A stretch of DNA of 64,000 nucleotides from Bdellovibrionales bacterium (GCA_965261545.1 CBDHDF010000002.1:352001-416000), one strand, 5' to 3'. Shown: positions 1 to 11,505, counted from the stretch's first letter. Numbers and translations: made by a program. Notes: generated by a model from the sequence alone, not told the origin.

Positions 1-498
1 GATCGTTATTTGAAAGAAATATCCAAAAAGGCAGATATTCGCCATGCTCACTTGGAAAAAAGAACAAGAGAACTCAACGAATTGTTTACGGGGCAATGGG
101 GAAAACTGATAGAAAGCCTTGTTAAAGGTGACTTGGTAAGGCTTCTCAATGAAAGAAATATCCAAGTGATGGGGCTTGCCCAGGAAAATTTTCGCAGGCG
201 GAATGGAGAAGAATACGAGGTTGATATCATTGCAGTCAATGGGCGGGAGGTTGTTGTTGTGGAAGTAAAAACCACTTTAAAAAATCAGCACCTTGACCAT
301 TTTATAGAAAAGCTTGGCATGTTTAAAGATATTTTTCCAGAGTACAAAGACAAGATAGTTTATGGAGCCATAGCTTATTTGAAGGCTGATGAAGGGTCTC
401 ATCACAGGGCTGAAAAAGAAGGTCTTTTTGTGATCCGAGCCACGGGGAATAGTGCGACCCTTACGAATAAGAAAAAGTTTTCCCCCAAGGTGTTTTAG
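1..498 (+). CDS. A1: coiled-coil + PD-(D/E)XK-like nuclease-fold protein (DUF3782-type), 5' end outside the window
   Basis: Motif EYEVDIIAVNG..VVVVEVKTTL (D..ExK), FPEY, YGAIAY, GLFVI, FSPKVF. Confidence 0.85.
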   Translation, partial: DRYLKEISKKADIRHAHLEKRTRELNELFTGQWGKLIESLVKGDLVRLLNERNIQVMGLAQENFRRRNGEEYEVDIIAVNGREVVVVEVKTTLKNQHLDHFIEKLGMFKDIFPEYKDKIVYGAIAYLKADEGSHHRAEKEGLFVIRATGNSATLTNKKKFSPKVF

Positions 499-681
499 AG
501 GTATTTGGGTGTTCTTAAGGCACTGTACCTATTCAAGGGGGCAGGGAGTTTACAGAGAGAGATTTATATTTTCTCTGGTAAGAAGGAGCAATTTACCTCT
601 TGAACTCTGCGACCCCCATGAATGTTGCTCATGAGCAGCTTGCCTTTTTGGGTTCGTCGTTGTGTCGGAAAAGAGTTGTTC

Positions 682-1692
682 TCAGGATTTTGTGTTTTTG
701 ACTTTTTTACGCAGCTTTTCCACGTCTTTGGAAGTGAGTCTAGTACATAGACAAATCGCTTCTACCTCAAAGCCATTTTGAATCATTCGTAATGCCATCT
801 CTTCACGACCCTCTTCGCGACCCTTTTCAAGACCCTCTTCACGACCCTCTTCGCGACCCTCTTCACGACCCTTTTCAAGACCCTTCTTAAGGCCCTTTTC
901 CTCAGCTTCATCCAAAGAACATTGCAATGCTGACATAACTCTTTGATCCTCCTCGATACTTTCTTTTTCAATCTTACTGAGCACACTTAGCGTGAAATTT
1001 GAATCGTTTCGGTGGATATAATCCACCGCCTTTTGAATAAGGAACTTTTGATCCTTCTCACCCAAGTTTGTACCCATCTGAAACAACTCCACAATGGTCT
1101 CATGGCGAAGCTTCCAGATACTACTCATTATAAGCAAAATCGGCCTAGAAAGCAAATTCCTGCCAACTCCATGGTAAAGGTTTATATCATGGATATTCAA
1201 CAACTTACAACGAAAATTGAGGATATTCTTCCCAAATTTTTGTCTTAAAACGGGAGTGAGCCCATCCAGAGAATCTTGAAAATTCAGGGGGCCTCTCCAG
1301 TGTTTTTGTCGTCCGTGATAGACCAGTATGGGAATGACTGGGTAATTCCAACGATTGTAAACAAGAGTCTGGTACCTCAGAATCTGCTGGAGTACTTGAG
1401 AATCCTGATGACTTTTGTGTTCGAGCAGAAAAAAAAGACGCACTCGTTTTTTGGACCCCTTGACTTGAACTGAGAATAGGAGGTCAATACGCCGCTCATT
1501 GCCCTCTTCATCTGTAAAGACAGTTATTTCTGGTTTGAGAGTTTTCCAGTTAAAGATCTTAAACTCCTGTGTCGTCAAGACAAGACGGAAAATGTCTAGG
1601 CAATATCTCTCATTCAGGAAAGTTTCATTGAATAGAGCATTATGGGCCTGAGACTGTTGTTTTCTTTTTTCTGAGGTTTTCTTTGGCAACAA
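682..1692 (-). CDS. B1: Rpn family recombination-promoting nuclease/putative transposase (YhgA-like), intact
   Basis: N-terminal HNALF, RRIDLLFSV, LLEHKS, PVIPILVYHG and C-terminal (REEG)n-MALRM tail typical of Rpn proteins. Confidence 0.9.
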   Translation of the reverse strand: MLPKKTSEKRKQQSQAHNALFNETFLNERYCLDIFRLVLTTQEFKIFNWKTLKPEITVFTDEEGNERRIDLLFSVQVKGSKKRVRLFFLLEHKSHQDSQVLQQILRYQTLVYNRWNYPVIPILVYHGRQKHWRGPLNFQDSLDGLTPVLRQKFGKNILNFRCKLLNIHDINLYHGVGRNLLSRPILLIMSSIWKLRHETIVELFQMGTNLGEKDQKFLIQKAVDYIHRNDSNFTLSVLSKIEKESIEEDQRVMSALQCSLDEAEEKGLKKGLEKGREEGREEGREEGLEKGREEGREEMALRMIQNGFEVEAICLCTRLTSKDVEKLRKKVKNTKS

Positions 1693-2023
1693 TGTCAGTC
1701 TTTCAAGTGAAGAGGGTTTAAGATGGGGTGGTTTAAGAAGATTATGGACAAGTGTATGAGTATGAGCAAGTGAGCGGAGTTATCTGTTCATAAATCATCA
1801 AGACAAGATAAAAGGGGGTGGGTTCTCCGGTCAAGTCAGATCAAGTCAGAAAGTGGATTGGGGATGGTACCTCTAGTGAAATTACATCCCATGATGACAG
1901 CGATATCACTCATACCTAGCCGATTCAGGAGACCATACCGTCATTATTTGGGGGGAGCTTGAGGCTTGGTATTTCAACAACAACATAGAAAAAGTGTGAG
2001 TTCTGACTGGATATAAAATTTAC

Positions 2024-2768
2024 TTGCAAGGCACTGTCGAGGCTCATGCCCTTTTACCTATATTTTTATATTCAGTCAGAATTCACGAAAAAGTTTCAGA
2101 TTTGAATTTTTACAAGATTTATAATTCCCGTGAGGTGGATGTGATTATCAAGACCAACTCCTCTTTCGTCCATGAGATTTTCCACCCCACTCTCAATAAA
2201 GAAGCTTATGGAGCCTTTTACAGTGGTGAGTCTGTGAATACAGCGAATTTACTGAGCCCTTTACAGGAGAGCGCTCCGCTTGAAGAGTTATGGGAACGAC
2301 AAGGACTATAAGAGCCAAAAGAACAGAAAGAAAAGACTGGAGGAGATTCTAAAAAAGGCGTCTTGTGATGAGAAAACAAAGTATCTTCATTTTCCATGTG
2401 CCTTTTTGGTCAAGAAATATAAGTCGGCCCTTAAGAATATAAATAGCTCTGTGGTCCGAAAGCGTGTGCAGTCTTATTCCATTTTGAGAGATGAGGGACT
2501 GATTCCCAAGGATATCAGCTTTATTCAAAAGGCCATGGAAAATTTGCCCCCCATTGAGAAGAAGAAAGCGGTTTTGCCCGTGGCCAATATGGTTGTCATG
2601 GAGCTTGTCAAAGAGGGGGAGTTTGACCTTGCCAAGACTTGGATCCACAAGCTTGAATCTGAGGGTTTTCTCACGCCCGATGAGTCCCAAGGAATCATCA
2701 AAGGACTGGAGCAGAATATCCAAAAGATTCAAGAGGTTCGGGAGATGATGGCTGCTTCGCCCGTATGA
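2024..2768 (+). pseudogene. C1: hypothetical gene, frameshifted near 2260; the frame continues upstream through a TGA at 1997
   Basis: Two ORFs (2024-2311, 2280-2768) that join into one frame when compared with the other copies. Confidence 0.6.
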
Positions 2769-3129
2769 TAACCCTTCTTGGGGTGTAATTCATGCGCCTT
2801 GCTCCCCACCCACGCCCATGAATGTTACCTTGGGGCATTGGGGACTTCGGGGGTGGCCCATTCAATCGAAAATAGACAGAGAAAGTCATGTAGGGGGCCA
2901 TACACCTTCTTGGCTGATTGGCTCATTCAGTTTTACAATCTGATCCCTTCAAAAGATACACACACCTCCCTTAGGAATTTGCGGAGATGGTGGGAGTGGT
3001 GGGTATGGGAGCGATTCTTGCATATGTGCTTGTGAGGAGATATAAGTTTTTATTGAGGCCCTAAAATGGCCGATTTTAATCCATTCACCCGTTCATTTGA
3101 TCATTTGATCATTCGAATGAAGGCGATGA

Positions 3130-3961
3130 ATGAAGGAGGCGTCAATGTCAGATAGTGCTAAGAAAGTAGGTCCTGAAGTTGTGTGGAAGCTTATGGAGAA
3201 GGTCGCAAAATCCCAAGAAGAGACAGACCGTCATTTTAAAGAGATGTCCAAGGAGGCTGATCTCCAACGGCAGGAGAGAGACCATCACTTCAAAAAAGAT
3301 GTCCAAGGAGGCCGATCTCCAAAGGAAGGAGACAGACCATCACTTCAAAAAGATGTCCAAGGAGGCCGATCTCCAAAGGAAGGAGACAGACCGTCATTTT
3401 AAAGAGATGTCCAAGGAGGCCGAACTTCAAAGGGAGGAAGCCAAACTTCAAAGAAAGGAGACAGATCGTTATTTGAAAGAAATATCCAAAAAGGCAGATA
3501 TTCGCCATGCTCACTTGGAAAAAAGAACGAGAGAACTCAACGAATTGTTTACGGGACAATGGGGAAAACTGATAGAAAGCCTTGTTAAAGGTGACTTGGT
3601 AAGGCTTCTCAATGAAAGAAATATCCAAGTCATGGGGCTTGCCCAGGAAAATTTTCGCAGGCGGAATGGAGAAGAATACGAGGTTGATATCATTGCAGTC
3701 AATGGGCGGGAGGTTGTTGTTGTGGAAGTAAAAACCACTTTAAAGCTGAAGCACCTTGACCATTTTATAGACAAGCTTGGCATGTTTAAAGATATTTTTC
3801 CAGAGTACAAAGACAAGATAGTTTATGGAGCCATAGCTTATTTGAAGGCTGATGAAGGGTCTCATCACAGGGCTGAAAAAGAAGGTCTTTTTGTGATCCG
3901 AGCCACGGGGAATAGTGCGACCCTTACGAATAAGAAAAAGTTTTCCCCCAAGGTGTTTTAG
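3130..3961 (+). pseudogene. A2: coiled-coil PD-(D/E)XK-like gene with +1 A in a homopolymer near 3292-3297 (possibly a sequencing error)
   Basis: CAAAAAAGATG versus CAAAAAGATG in sister copies. Confidence 0.8.
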
Positions 3962-4144
3962 AGGTATTTGGGTGTTCTTAAGGCACTGTACCTATTCAAG
4001 GGGGCCGGGAGTTTACAGAGAGAGATTTATATTTTCTCTGGTAAGAAGGAGCAATTTACCTCTTGAACTCTGCGACCCCCATGAATGTTTCTCATGAGCA
4101 GCTTGCCTTTTTGGGTTCGTCGTTGTGTCGGAAAAGAGTTGTTC

Positions 4145-5110
4145 TCAGGATTTTGTGTTTTTGACTTTTTTACGCAGCTTTTCCACGTCTTTGGAAGTGA
4201 GTCTAGTACATAGACAAATCGCTTCTACCTCAAAGCCATTTTGAATCATTCGTAATGCCATCTCTTCACGACCCTCTTCACGACCCTTTTCAAGACCCTT
4301 CTTAAGGCCCTTTTCCTCAGCTTCATCCAAAGAACATTGCAATGCTGACATAACTCTTTGATCCTCCTCGATACTTTCTTTTTCAAATCTTACTGAGCAC
4401 ACTTAGCGTGAAATTTGAATCGTTTCGGTGGATATAATCCACCGCCTTTTGAATAAGGAACTTTTGATCCTTCTCACCCAATTTGTACCCATCTGAAACA
4501 ACTCCCACAATGGTCTCATGGCGAAGCTTCCAGATACTACTCATTATAAGCAAAATCGGCCTAGAAAGCAAATTCCTGCCAACTCCATGGTAAAGGTTTA
4601 TATCATGGATATTCAACAACTTACAACGAAAAATTGAGGATATTCTTCCCAAATTTTTGTCTTAAAACGGGAGTGAGCCCATCCAGAGAATCTTGAAAAT
4701 TCAGGGGGCCTCTCCAGTGTTTTTGTCGTCCGTGATAGACCAGTATGGGAATGACTGGGTAATTCCAACGATTGTAAACAAGGGTCTGGTACCTCAGAAT
4801 CTGCTGGAGTACTTGAGAATCCTGATGACTTTTGTGTTCGAGCAGAAAAAAAAGACGCACTCGTTTTTTGGACCCCTTGACTTGAACTGAGAATAGGAGG
4901 TCAATACGCCGCTCATTGCCCTCTTCATCTGTAAAGACAGTTATTTCTGGTTTGAGAGTTTTCCAGTTAAAGAGCTTAAACTCCTGTGTCGTCAAGACAA
5001 GACGGGAAAATGTCTAGGCAATATCTCTCATTCAGGAAAGTTTCATTGAATAGAGCATTATGGGCCTGAGACTGTTGTTTTCTTTTTTCTGAGGTTTTCT
5101 TTGGCAACAA
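4145..5110 (-). pseudogene. B2: Rpn family gene with several single-base indels (possibly consensus errors); C-terminal part 4145-4351 intact
   Basis: Near-identical to B1 but split into ORFs 4621-4995, 4383-4652 and 4145-4402. Confidence 0.85.
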
Positions 5111-6297
5111 TGTCAGTCTTTCAAGTGAAGAGGGTTTAAGATGGGGTGGTTTAAGAAGATTATGGACAAGTGTATCCTGAAATCCCCTTCAGTTATGACT
5201 AGGTTTCAGGACCAAAGGCTTGCATAAACCAAGACCTAAGACCTGCCTTCAATGAGAAGAATAGTGGCCATTATTTTTTTGTATACTCAAAATAAATAAA
5301 TCTTTGCCTCCCTTTGTTTCTTTTCGACTGGATTAAGGTATGGAAACTGAAGTACAATTTCATTATGAGGACAGGCTCGACAGGCTCTAAAGCAACGAAT
5401 ACACTATATTTCAAACCTGTGATCCACATGAGTTCCTATGTTAAAGGGCTGAGTAAATAGTCTTCTGCTTCCCTGATATTTCTCCCAAAACGACCTTACC
5501 TGTTGCTAACTTATAAAATTTCAAGCGATCTAATATTTTATAGACTTCATCTTTTGAAAAATCTTTATAAAGTTCCTTTTCTTTCATTACATGATCGATC
5601 CATGAAATTAGAATCAAGGCTATAAAGTTAATAAAAAGACTTCCTTTCATATTTTGAAGAGAATGCATTCTATTTCTTTTTTCATTAAGATTATGCCTTT
5701 AAAGAGAAGAATATTTTTTCTATACTATCTTTGTTTCTATACAAAGATAGTACCTCATCCCTAGAGATATTTATCTTAGAATCTGTTAGAAGGATGACGC
5801 ACCCCATGCGATTGATTTCTACCTCAAGATCATCCACATTTCTTTCTAAAACAAAATATTCATTCTCCTTTTTAATCTTAAAAAATTTCTTTTGAACTCC
5901 GAAAGTATCATTTATATAGGTGCGACAAGAAGATTCATCTTGAAACGTCTTCTGATAGAAAATATTTTCAAATTCATATATCTTTGCAAGAAATTTAGAC
6001 TCTTGTTGAGTTCTTTTTTTCTTGTCCAAATATAGGTGGGCTACACAATCTACCTTCCCTATTTTTATCTCTTTCTGACAATACCAATAGGTATCTCCTT
6101 GGAAACCAAATGCTGAAGCCGAAGACGAAAGGTTAAGAAGATAAGGAATTTTACAAGTTCTTTGGAAAGATTTGACACAAAGCTCATAGGGATAATATAA
6201 GATAGTCCTTTATCATCCAAGTCCTTGATATTGCTTTGGCTATAAAATCCTTTGTCTAAAACCAAACATTTTAGATTGATTTTGTACTCCTTAGCTA

Positions 6298-8445
6298 GTT
6301 TCTGTCCAGAAAGGCCCATTTTTTGTTCTCTGACACTCCCCATTGAGCCTCCCAATACCTCAATGGGGGAGTGAGAGTTGGAGATTTGCCCCACAAACTC
6401 TACAGATTAAGGGGAAAAAGGTCTTTAAGCGACTTGCGCCCTAGTTTTTTCGATTTGAAGACGCACCCCTACCTTTGGAAGATTTTAGCACCTTCGACCT
6501 GGTCCATTGCTGTTATTCCTAATGGATAAATTTAGGTGACAGTTGATAATTCATGTCTTGCCAAGACAACAAAATTATAGGCACAAACAGCATTCTTCAC
6601 ATACCTCTTAAAACCATCATGCCCTTTCCAGTAAGCAACTCTCATACCAAAACATCTCTTAAGGAATGAAATAACAGCCTCTATTCCGGCTCTCCAATTG
6701 AGAAGATTTTTAAAGACCCAAGCACTTTTAACCATCTTTAATATCTTCATTCCTTTTTTTTCTGGGAAGCAAACATCTTTAGCTCCCATCTCTTTGGCCT
6801 CTTCAAGATTTTCTTTTGAAGCAAACCCACCATCTGCACTTACTTTTACAGGGCAAGCCCCATAGGTTTGTGTCACTGAATTCATAACTTTTAAAAACAT
6901 ATCAGAGTCTGCGGGGTTGCCATCAGGGATCTGACAATCTAAAATCATGTTGCTTTGCCCTGAGGTCAGAAAGATTTTATGCCCAAACTCGACTTCTCTT
7001 TGCCCCTTTACAATAATGTCTGTATGCGGTTCAAAGATGGATAGGACCTTTTTTTCAGAAGATACTTTTTTCCCCTCAATAACTCTTTTTTGAGTTTGAA
7101 AGATGATTTTTTCCAGGTAGAAAGCAACATTTTCTAACTGTTTTAAACTCTTTTTCAAGGCCTTCATCTTCACACATCTTTTTTCGTTTTTTATCTTTCT
7201 GATAGTATCAGGCAATCCTTTGTTCAATTTGGTAGCGATTTTTAAGAACTCTTTATAATAAGGAAGTCTTTCTTCATCATTCTTGGAATTATTAATCTTG
7301 TAAAGCAATGTTTTTGTTCTTTTGACATCTTCTTTTGAAATAAGTCGCCAGAAGTCTTTGTTGACATTCTTACGAACTTTTTTAAATTCTCTTTCTGTAA
7401 CTCTTATGCAATCATATAAAAGAGATGCATCCGTTGGATGATGAATGTTTGATTTCGTCACTGTACTGTCCACTCTCATTTTCTTACACGGCTCAATCTT
7501 TTGATCTCTTGCATCTGAAACTAAAGAGGCGCTAATAATTCCCCAAGTTTCTTCACTTATTTGAACAATCAAGTCCTGTAAGGTGGAGTGAGCGTAATTT
7601 TCTTCCAATTCAAGGCCCAGAAAAGCTCTGGTGGATACTGAATCGACAAGATTAAAGGCTAACGCACGATAGGAAAGACCTCTTATGGATTTAAGAATAG
7701 CCACCTTGAGAACTTGCTCCGATGTCATACCAATATCACCAGAATCTTTCTTTTCTTTAACAAGGTCTTCATGAACCATATGGGCAAACTCTGGATGGCG
7801 ATCAATGATGTTATTAATTTGCTGCAATTCTGTACTGAGTTGGTGGTTAGGATATTGGGAAAAGAGTCCCAACTGTGTCTTCTTCAAATGGCGCATAGTC
7901 CCCCCTTTGGTGAAAGTTTCTCTTTAATTTTTATATTAACATACGTTTTTTTGAGGGAAAAAAGTGAGCAAGGATGTCTTTTAAGAAGAAAAAAATCAGA
8001 GAGGTTCTCGGAGAACATGGATAAGAATTCTACCTCATAGAGAGGTTCCCACGCCTCCTAAAACCTACATAAAAAATAAATGAAGAATAAAATATCAAAA
8101 ATTATTTCTCTGAAAAAACACGTCAAGTATTTTTTGAAGTTGATGCGCAACGTAATGTTATTTCCCTGAAGGAGGTTTGAAATCACCACGGTGGAAACAC
8201 AGGTTGATCCAACTCTTCCTCTCATATCAAGTAACGCAGTTGATAGCCACATAAGTCACTGAAAGGGAGGGGCTGTGAAAGGTTCGTCAAGAGAGGGGGA
8301 GGGGAACTTATTTTATTTTTCCGTTTTATGTAAGTAACTGAATTTACACGGATTATGTTTGATGGACTCCATTTTAAAGCATAAAATCTAAAGGGAAGGC
8401 ATGTAAATACTTAAAACTACTTAACTTTCTTCCCTGGACAGGAAC
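6298..8445 (-). mobile_element. ISNCY/IS5-like element, copy 1
   Basis: Ends GTTTCTGTCCAG and CTGGACAGGAAC, flanked by a TAGCTA duplication (6292-6297, 8446-8451). Confidence 0.88.
6532..7896 (-). CDS. DDE transposase (ISNCY/IS5-like), 454 aa
   Basis: RVDSTV..SNIHHPTD, SIFEPHTDII, EFGHK, ADGGF and RAGIEAVIS motifs. Confidence 0.9.
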   Translation of the reverse strand: MRHLKKTQLGLFSQYPNHQLSTELQQINNIIDRHPEFAHMVHEDLVKEKKDSGDIGMTSEQVLKVAILKSIRGLSYRALAFNLVDSVSTRAFLGLELEENYAHSTLQDLIVQISEETWGIISASLVSDARDQKIEPCKKMRVDSTVTKSNIHHPTDASLLYDCIRVTEREFKKVRKNVNKDFWRLISKEDVKRTKTLLYKINNSKNDEERLPYYKEFLKIATKLNKGLPDTIRKIKNEKRCVKMKALKKSLKQLENVAFYLEKIIFQTQKRVIEGKKVSSEKKVLSIFEPHTDIIVKGQREVEFGHKIFLTSGQSNMILDCQIPDGNPADSDMFLKVMNSVTQTYGACPVKVSADGGFASKENLEEAKEMGAKDVCFPEKKGMKILKMVKSAWVFKNLLNWRAGIEAVISFLKRCFGMRVAYWKGHDGFKRYVKNAVCAYNFVVLARHELSTVT

Positions 8446-9535
8446 TAGCTAAAGTAAGAATATTATTCAAAGTAGTCACATCATTGATGCTACAAGGATA
8501 TACTCTGTAACTAATTGGAAGACTCGCACTCTTAGACTTTGAATCTATTTTTATGTCTTGACTTAAAATTCCTAAGTTGGTTTGGTCCAAGTTATCGCCA
8601 TCTCTATTGTAACCTCTTTCTAAAAAATCATTGCCAGAACCATAAGAAGAAATAGATGTAATATCAAACATCACAGCTTGAGAAGCAGATTTATTCCTTT
8701 TAATCCATTCAAGAAAAAAATTCTCAATTGCTTCTTCATTACGACCAACCGTGAATAAGAATTTACTTATTGACCGTGAATCTAAATAGTTTTCACCAGA
8801 AACATAAGAGTCTTCGCACCAGAGGGGATACAAATAATAAGGCTCTTTCTTAATAACTTTGAAAAAAGATAAATAAAGAATTTCTTCATAATCTTCGGGA
8901 AAAATCTTTTTAAGTGCTTGTACTAAATTTAGCTTTTTGCTAATCTTTTTTAACAAGTGAAGAGAGCCAACATCCCAAGAGCCTGTGGGAATGGAACACC
9001 GAGTTGTAGGAATGAGTTCCCCCGTGGCCTCATCCTTTTTACCAAGATACACCCTTTTTTGACGAGGCTGCTTTTTCTTTTTATCCCAGTAGCTCGTGGA
9101 CTTATAGAGGTAGACCTTACCCTTGATTTTTTGCTCATATATGAAAGACATAGTCATAATTATGACTATGGATGCGTCGCATCGTCAATGTTTAGGGGAG
9201 ATAAAACCTCATTATGTTCGATTTGAAGAGAAAATCTAGGCTTAAGTCTAACACCTAGTCATAATTTTGCGGATTTCAGGGTGTATGAGTATGAGCAAGT
9301 GAGCGGAGTTATCTGTTCATAAAAGGGGGTGGGTTCTCTGGTCAAGTCAGATCAAGTCAGAAAGTGGATTGGGGATGGTACCTCTAGTGAAATTACATCC
9401 CATGATGACAGCGATATCACTCATACCTAGCCGATTCAGGAGACCATACCGTCATTATTTGGGGGGGAGCTTGAGGCTTGGTATTTCAACAACAACATAG
9501 AAAAAGTGTGAGTTCTGACTGGATATAAAATTTAC

Positions 9536-10281
9536 TTGCAAGGCACTGTCGAGGCTCATGCCCTTTTACCTATATTTTTATATTCAGTCAGAATTCACGA
9601 AAAAGTTTCAGATTTGAATTTTTACAAGATTTATAATTCCCGTGAGGTGGATGTGATTATCAAGACCAACTCCTCTTTCGTCCATGAGATTTTCCACCCC
9701 ACTCTCAATAAAGAAGCTTATGGAGCCTTTTACAGTGGTGAGTCTGTGAATACAGCGAGTCTACTGAACCCTTTATACAGGAGAGCGCTCCGCTTGAAGA
9801 GTCATGGGAACGACAAGGACTATAAGAGCCAAAAGAACAGAAAGAAAAGACTGGAGGAGATTCTAAAAAAGGCGTCTTGTGATGAGAAAACAAAGTACCG
9901 CCATTTTCCAGTGCTTTTTTGGTCAAGAAATATAAGTCAGCCCTTAAGAATATAAATAGCTCTGTGGTCCGAAAGCGTGTGCAGTCTTATTCCATTTTGA
10001 GAGATGAGGGACTGATTCCCAAGGATATCAGCTTTATTCAAAAGGCCATGGAAAATTTGCCCCCCATTGAGAAGAAGAAAGCGGTTTTGCCCGTGGCCAA
10101 TATGGTTGTCATGGAGCTTGTCAAAGAGGGGGAGTTTGACCTTGCCAAGACTTGGATCCACAAGCTTGAATCTGAGGGTTTTCTCACGCCCGATGAGTCC
10201 CAAGGAATCATCAAAGGACTGGAGCAGAATATCCAAAAGATTCAAGAGGTTCGGGAGATGATGGCTGCTTCGCCCGTATGA
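9536..10281 (+). pseudogene. C2: hypothetical gene, frameshift near 9910
   Basis: Copy of C1, split into ORFs 9536-9955 and 9919-10281. Confidence 0.6.
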
Positions 10282-10653
10282 TAACCCTTCTTGGGGTGTA
10301 ATTCATGGGGGCGCCTTGCTCCCCACCCACGCCCATGAATGTTACCTTGGGGCATTGGGGACTTCGGGGGTGGCCCATTCAATCGAAATAGACAGAGAAA
10401 GTCATGTAGGGGGCCATACACCTTCTTGGCTGATTGGCTCATTCAGTTTTACAATCTGATCCCTTCAAAAGATAACACCACACCTCCTTAGGAACTTGTG
10501 GAGATGGTGGGAGTGGTGGGTATGGGAGCGATTCTTGCATATGTGCTTGTGAGGAGATATAAGTTTTATTGAGGCCCTAAAATGGCCGATTTTAATCCAT
10601 TCACCCGTTCATTTGATCATTTGATCATTTGATCATTCGAATGAAGGCGATGA

Positions 10654-11505
10654 ATGAAGGAGGCGTCAATGTCAGATAGTGCTAAGAAAGTAGGTCCTGA
10701 AGTTGTGTGGAAGCTTATGGAGAAGGTCGCAAAATCCCAAGAAGAGACAGACCGTCATTTTAAAGAGATGTCCAAGGAGGCTGATCTCCAACGGCAGGAG
10801 GCCGATCTCCAACGGAAGGAGAGAGACCATCACTTCAAAAAGATGTCCAAGGAGGCCGATCTCCAAAGGAAGGAGACAGACCATCACTTCAAAAAGATGT
10901 CCAAGGAGGCCGATCTCCAAAGGAAGGAGACAGACCGTCATTTTAAAGAGATGTCCAAGGAGGCCGAACTTCAAAGGGAGGAAGCCAAACTTCAAAGAAA
11001 GGAGACAGATCGTTATTTGAAAGAAATATCCAAAAAGGCAGATATTCGCCATGCTCACTTGGAAAAAAGAACGAGAGAACTCAACGAATTGTTTACGGGT
11101 CCATGGGGAAAACTGATAGAAAGCCTTGTTAAAGGTGACTTGGTAAGGCTTCTCAATGAAAGAAATATCCAAGTGATGGGGCTTGCCCAGGAAAATTTTC
11201 GCAGGCGGAATGGAGAAGAATACGAGGTTGATATCATTGCAGTCAATGGGCGGGAGGTTGTTGTTGTGGAAGTAAAAACCACTTTAAAGCTGAAGCACCT
11301 TGACCATTTTATAGACAAGCTTGGCATGTTTAAAGATATTTTTCCAGAGTACAAAGACAAGATAGTTTATGGAGCCATAGCTTATTTGAAGGCTGATGAA
11401 GGGTCTCATCACAGGGCTGAAAAAGAAGGTCTTTTTGTGATCCGAGCCACGGGGAATAGTGCGACCCTTACGAATAAGAAAAAGTTTTCCCCCAAGGTGT
11501 TTTAG
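10654..11505 (+). CDS. A3: coiled-coil PD-(D/E)XK-like protein (probable start is the MSDSAKK ATG at 10669, after GGAGG)
   Basis: Intact ORF with repeat region and nuclease-like motifs. Confidence 0.88.
   Translation: MKEASMSDSAKKVGPEVVWKLMEKVAKSQEETDRHFKEMSKEADLQRQEADLQRKERDHHFKKMSKEADLQRKETDHHFKKMSKEADLQRKETDRHFKEMSKEAELQREEAKLQRKETDRYLKEISKKADIRHAHLEKRTRELNELFTGPWGKLIESLVKGDLVRLLNERNIQVMGLAQENFRRRNGEEYEVDIIAVNGREVVVVEVKTTLKLKHLDHFIDKLGMFKDIFPEYKDKIVYGAIAYLKADEGSHHRAEKEGLFVIRATGNSATLTNKKKFSPKVF

Larger units (their letters stand above)
5441..9151 (-). pseudogene. IS1634-family transposase, interrupted by ISNCY and frameshifted
   Basis: YWDKKKKQPRQKRVYLG, FDITSISSY, RGYNRDG, DKGFYS and YRNKDSIEKIF motifs spread over several fragments. 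Confidence 0.88.
5176..9280 (-). mobile_element. IS1634-family element a, containing a nested ISNCY element
   Basis: Ends CCTGAAATCC..TTATGACTAGG and CCTAGTCATAA..GGATTTCAGG; 6-bp TSD GTGTAT (5170-5175, 9281-9286). Confidence 0.9.

Noticed and set aside
1997..1999. Conserved in-frame TGA in C as evidence of a recoded genetic code
   Set aside because: TGA terminates other clear genes here (Rpn, IS1634-b transposase, IS66 tnpA)
2200..5100. Cluster of single-base indels in C1, A2 and B2 as programmed phase variation
   Set aside because: Many indels in short homopolymers within one 3-kb stretch look more like long-read consensus error; this cannot be resolved without reads
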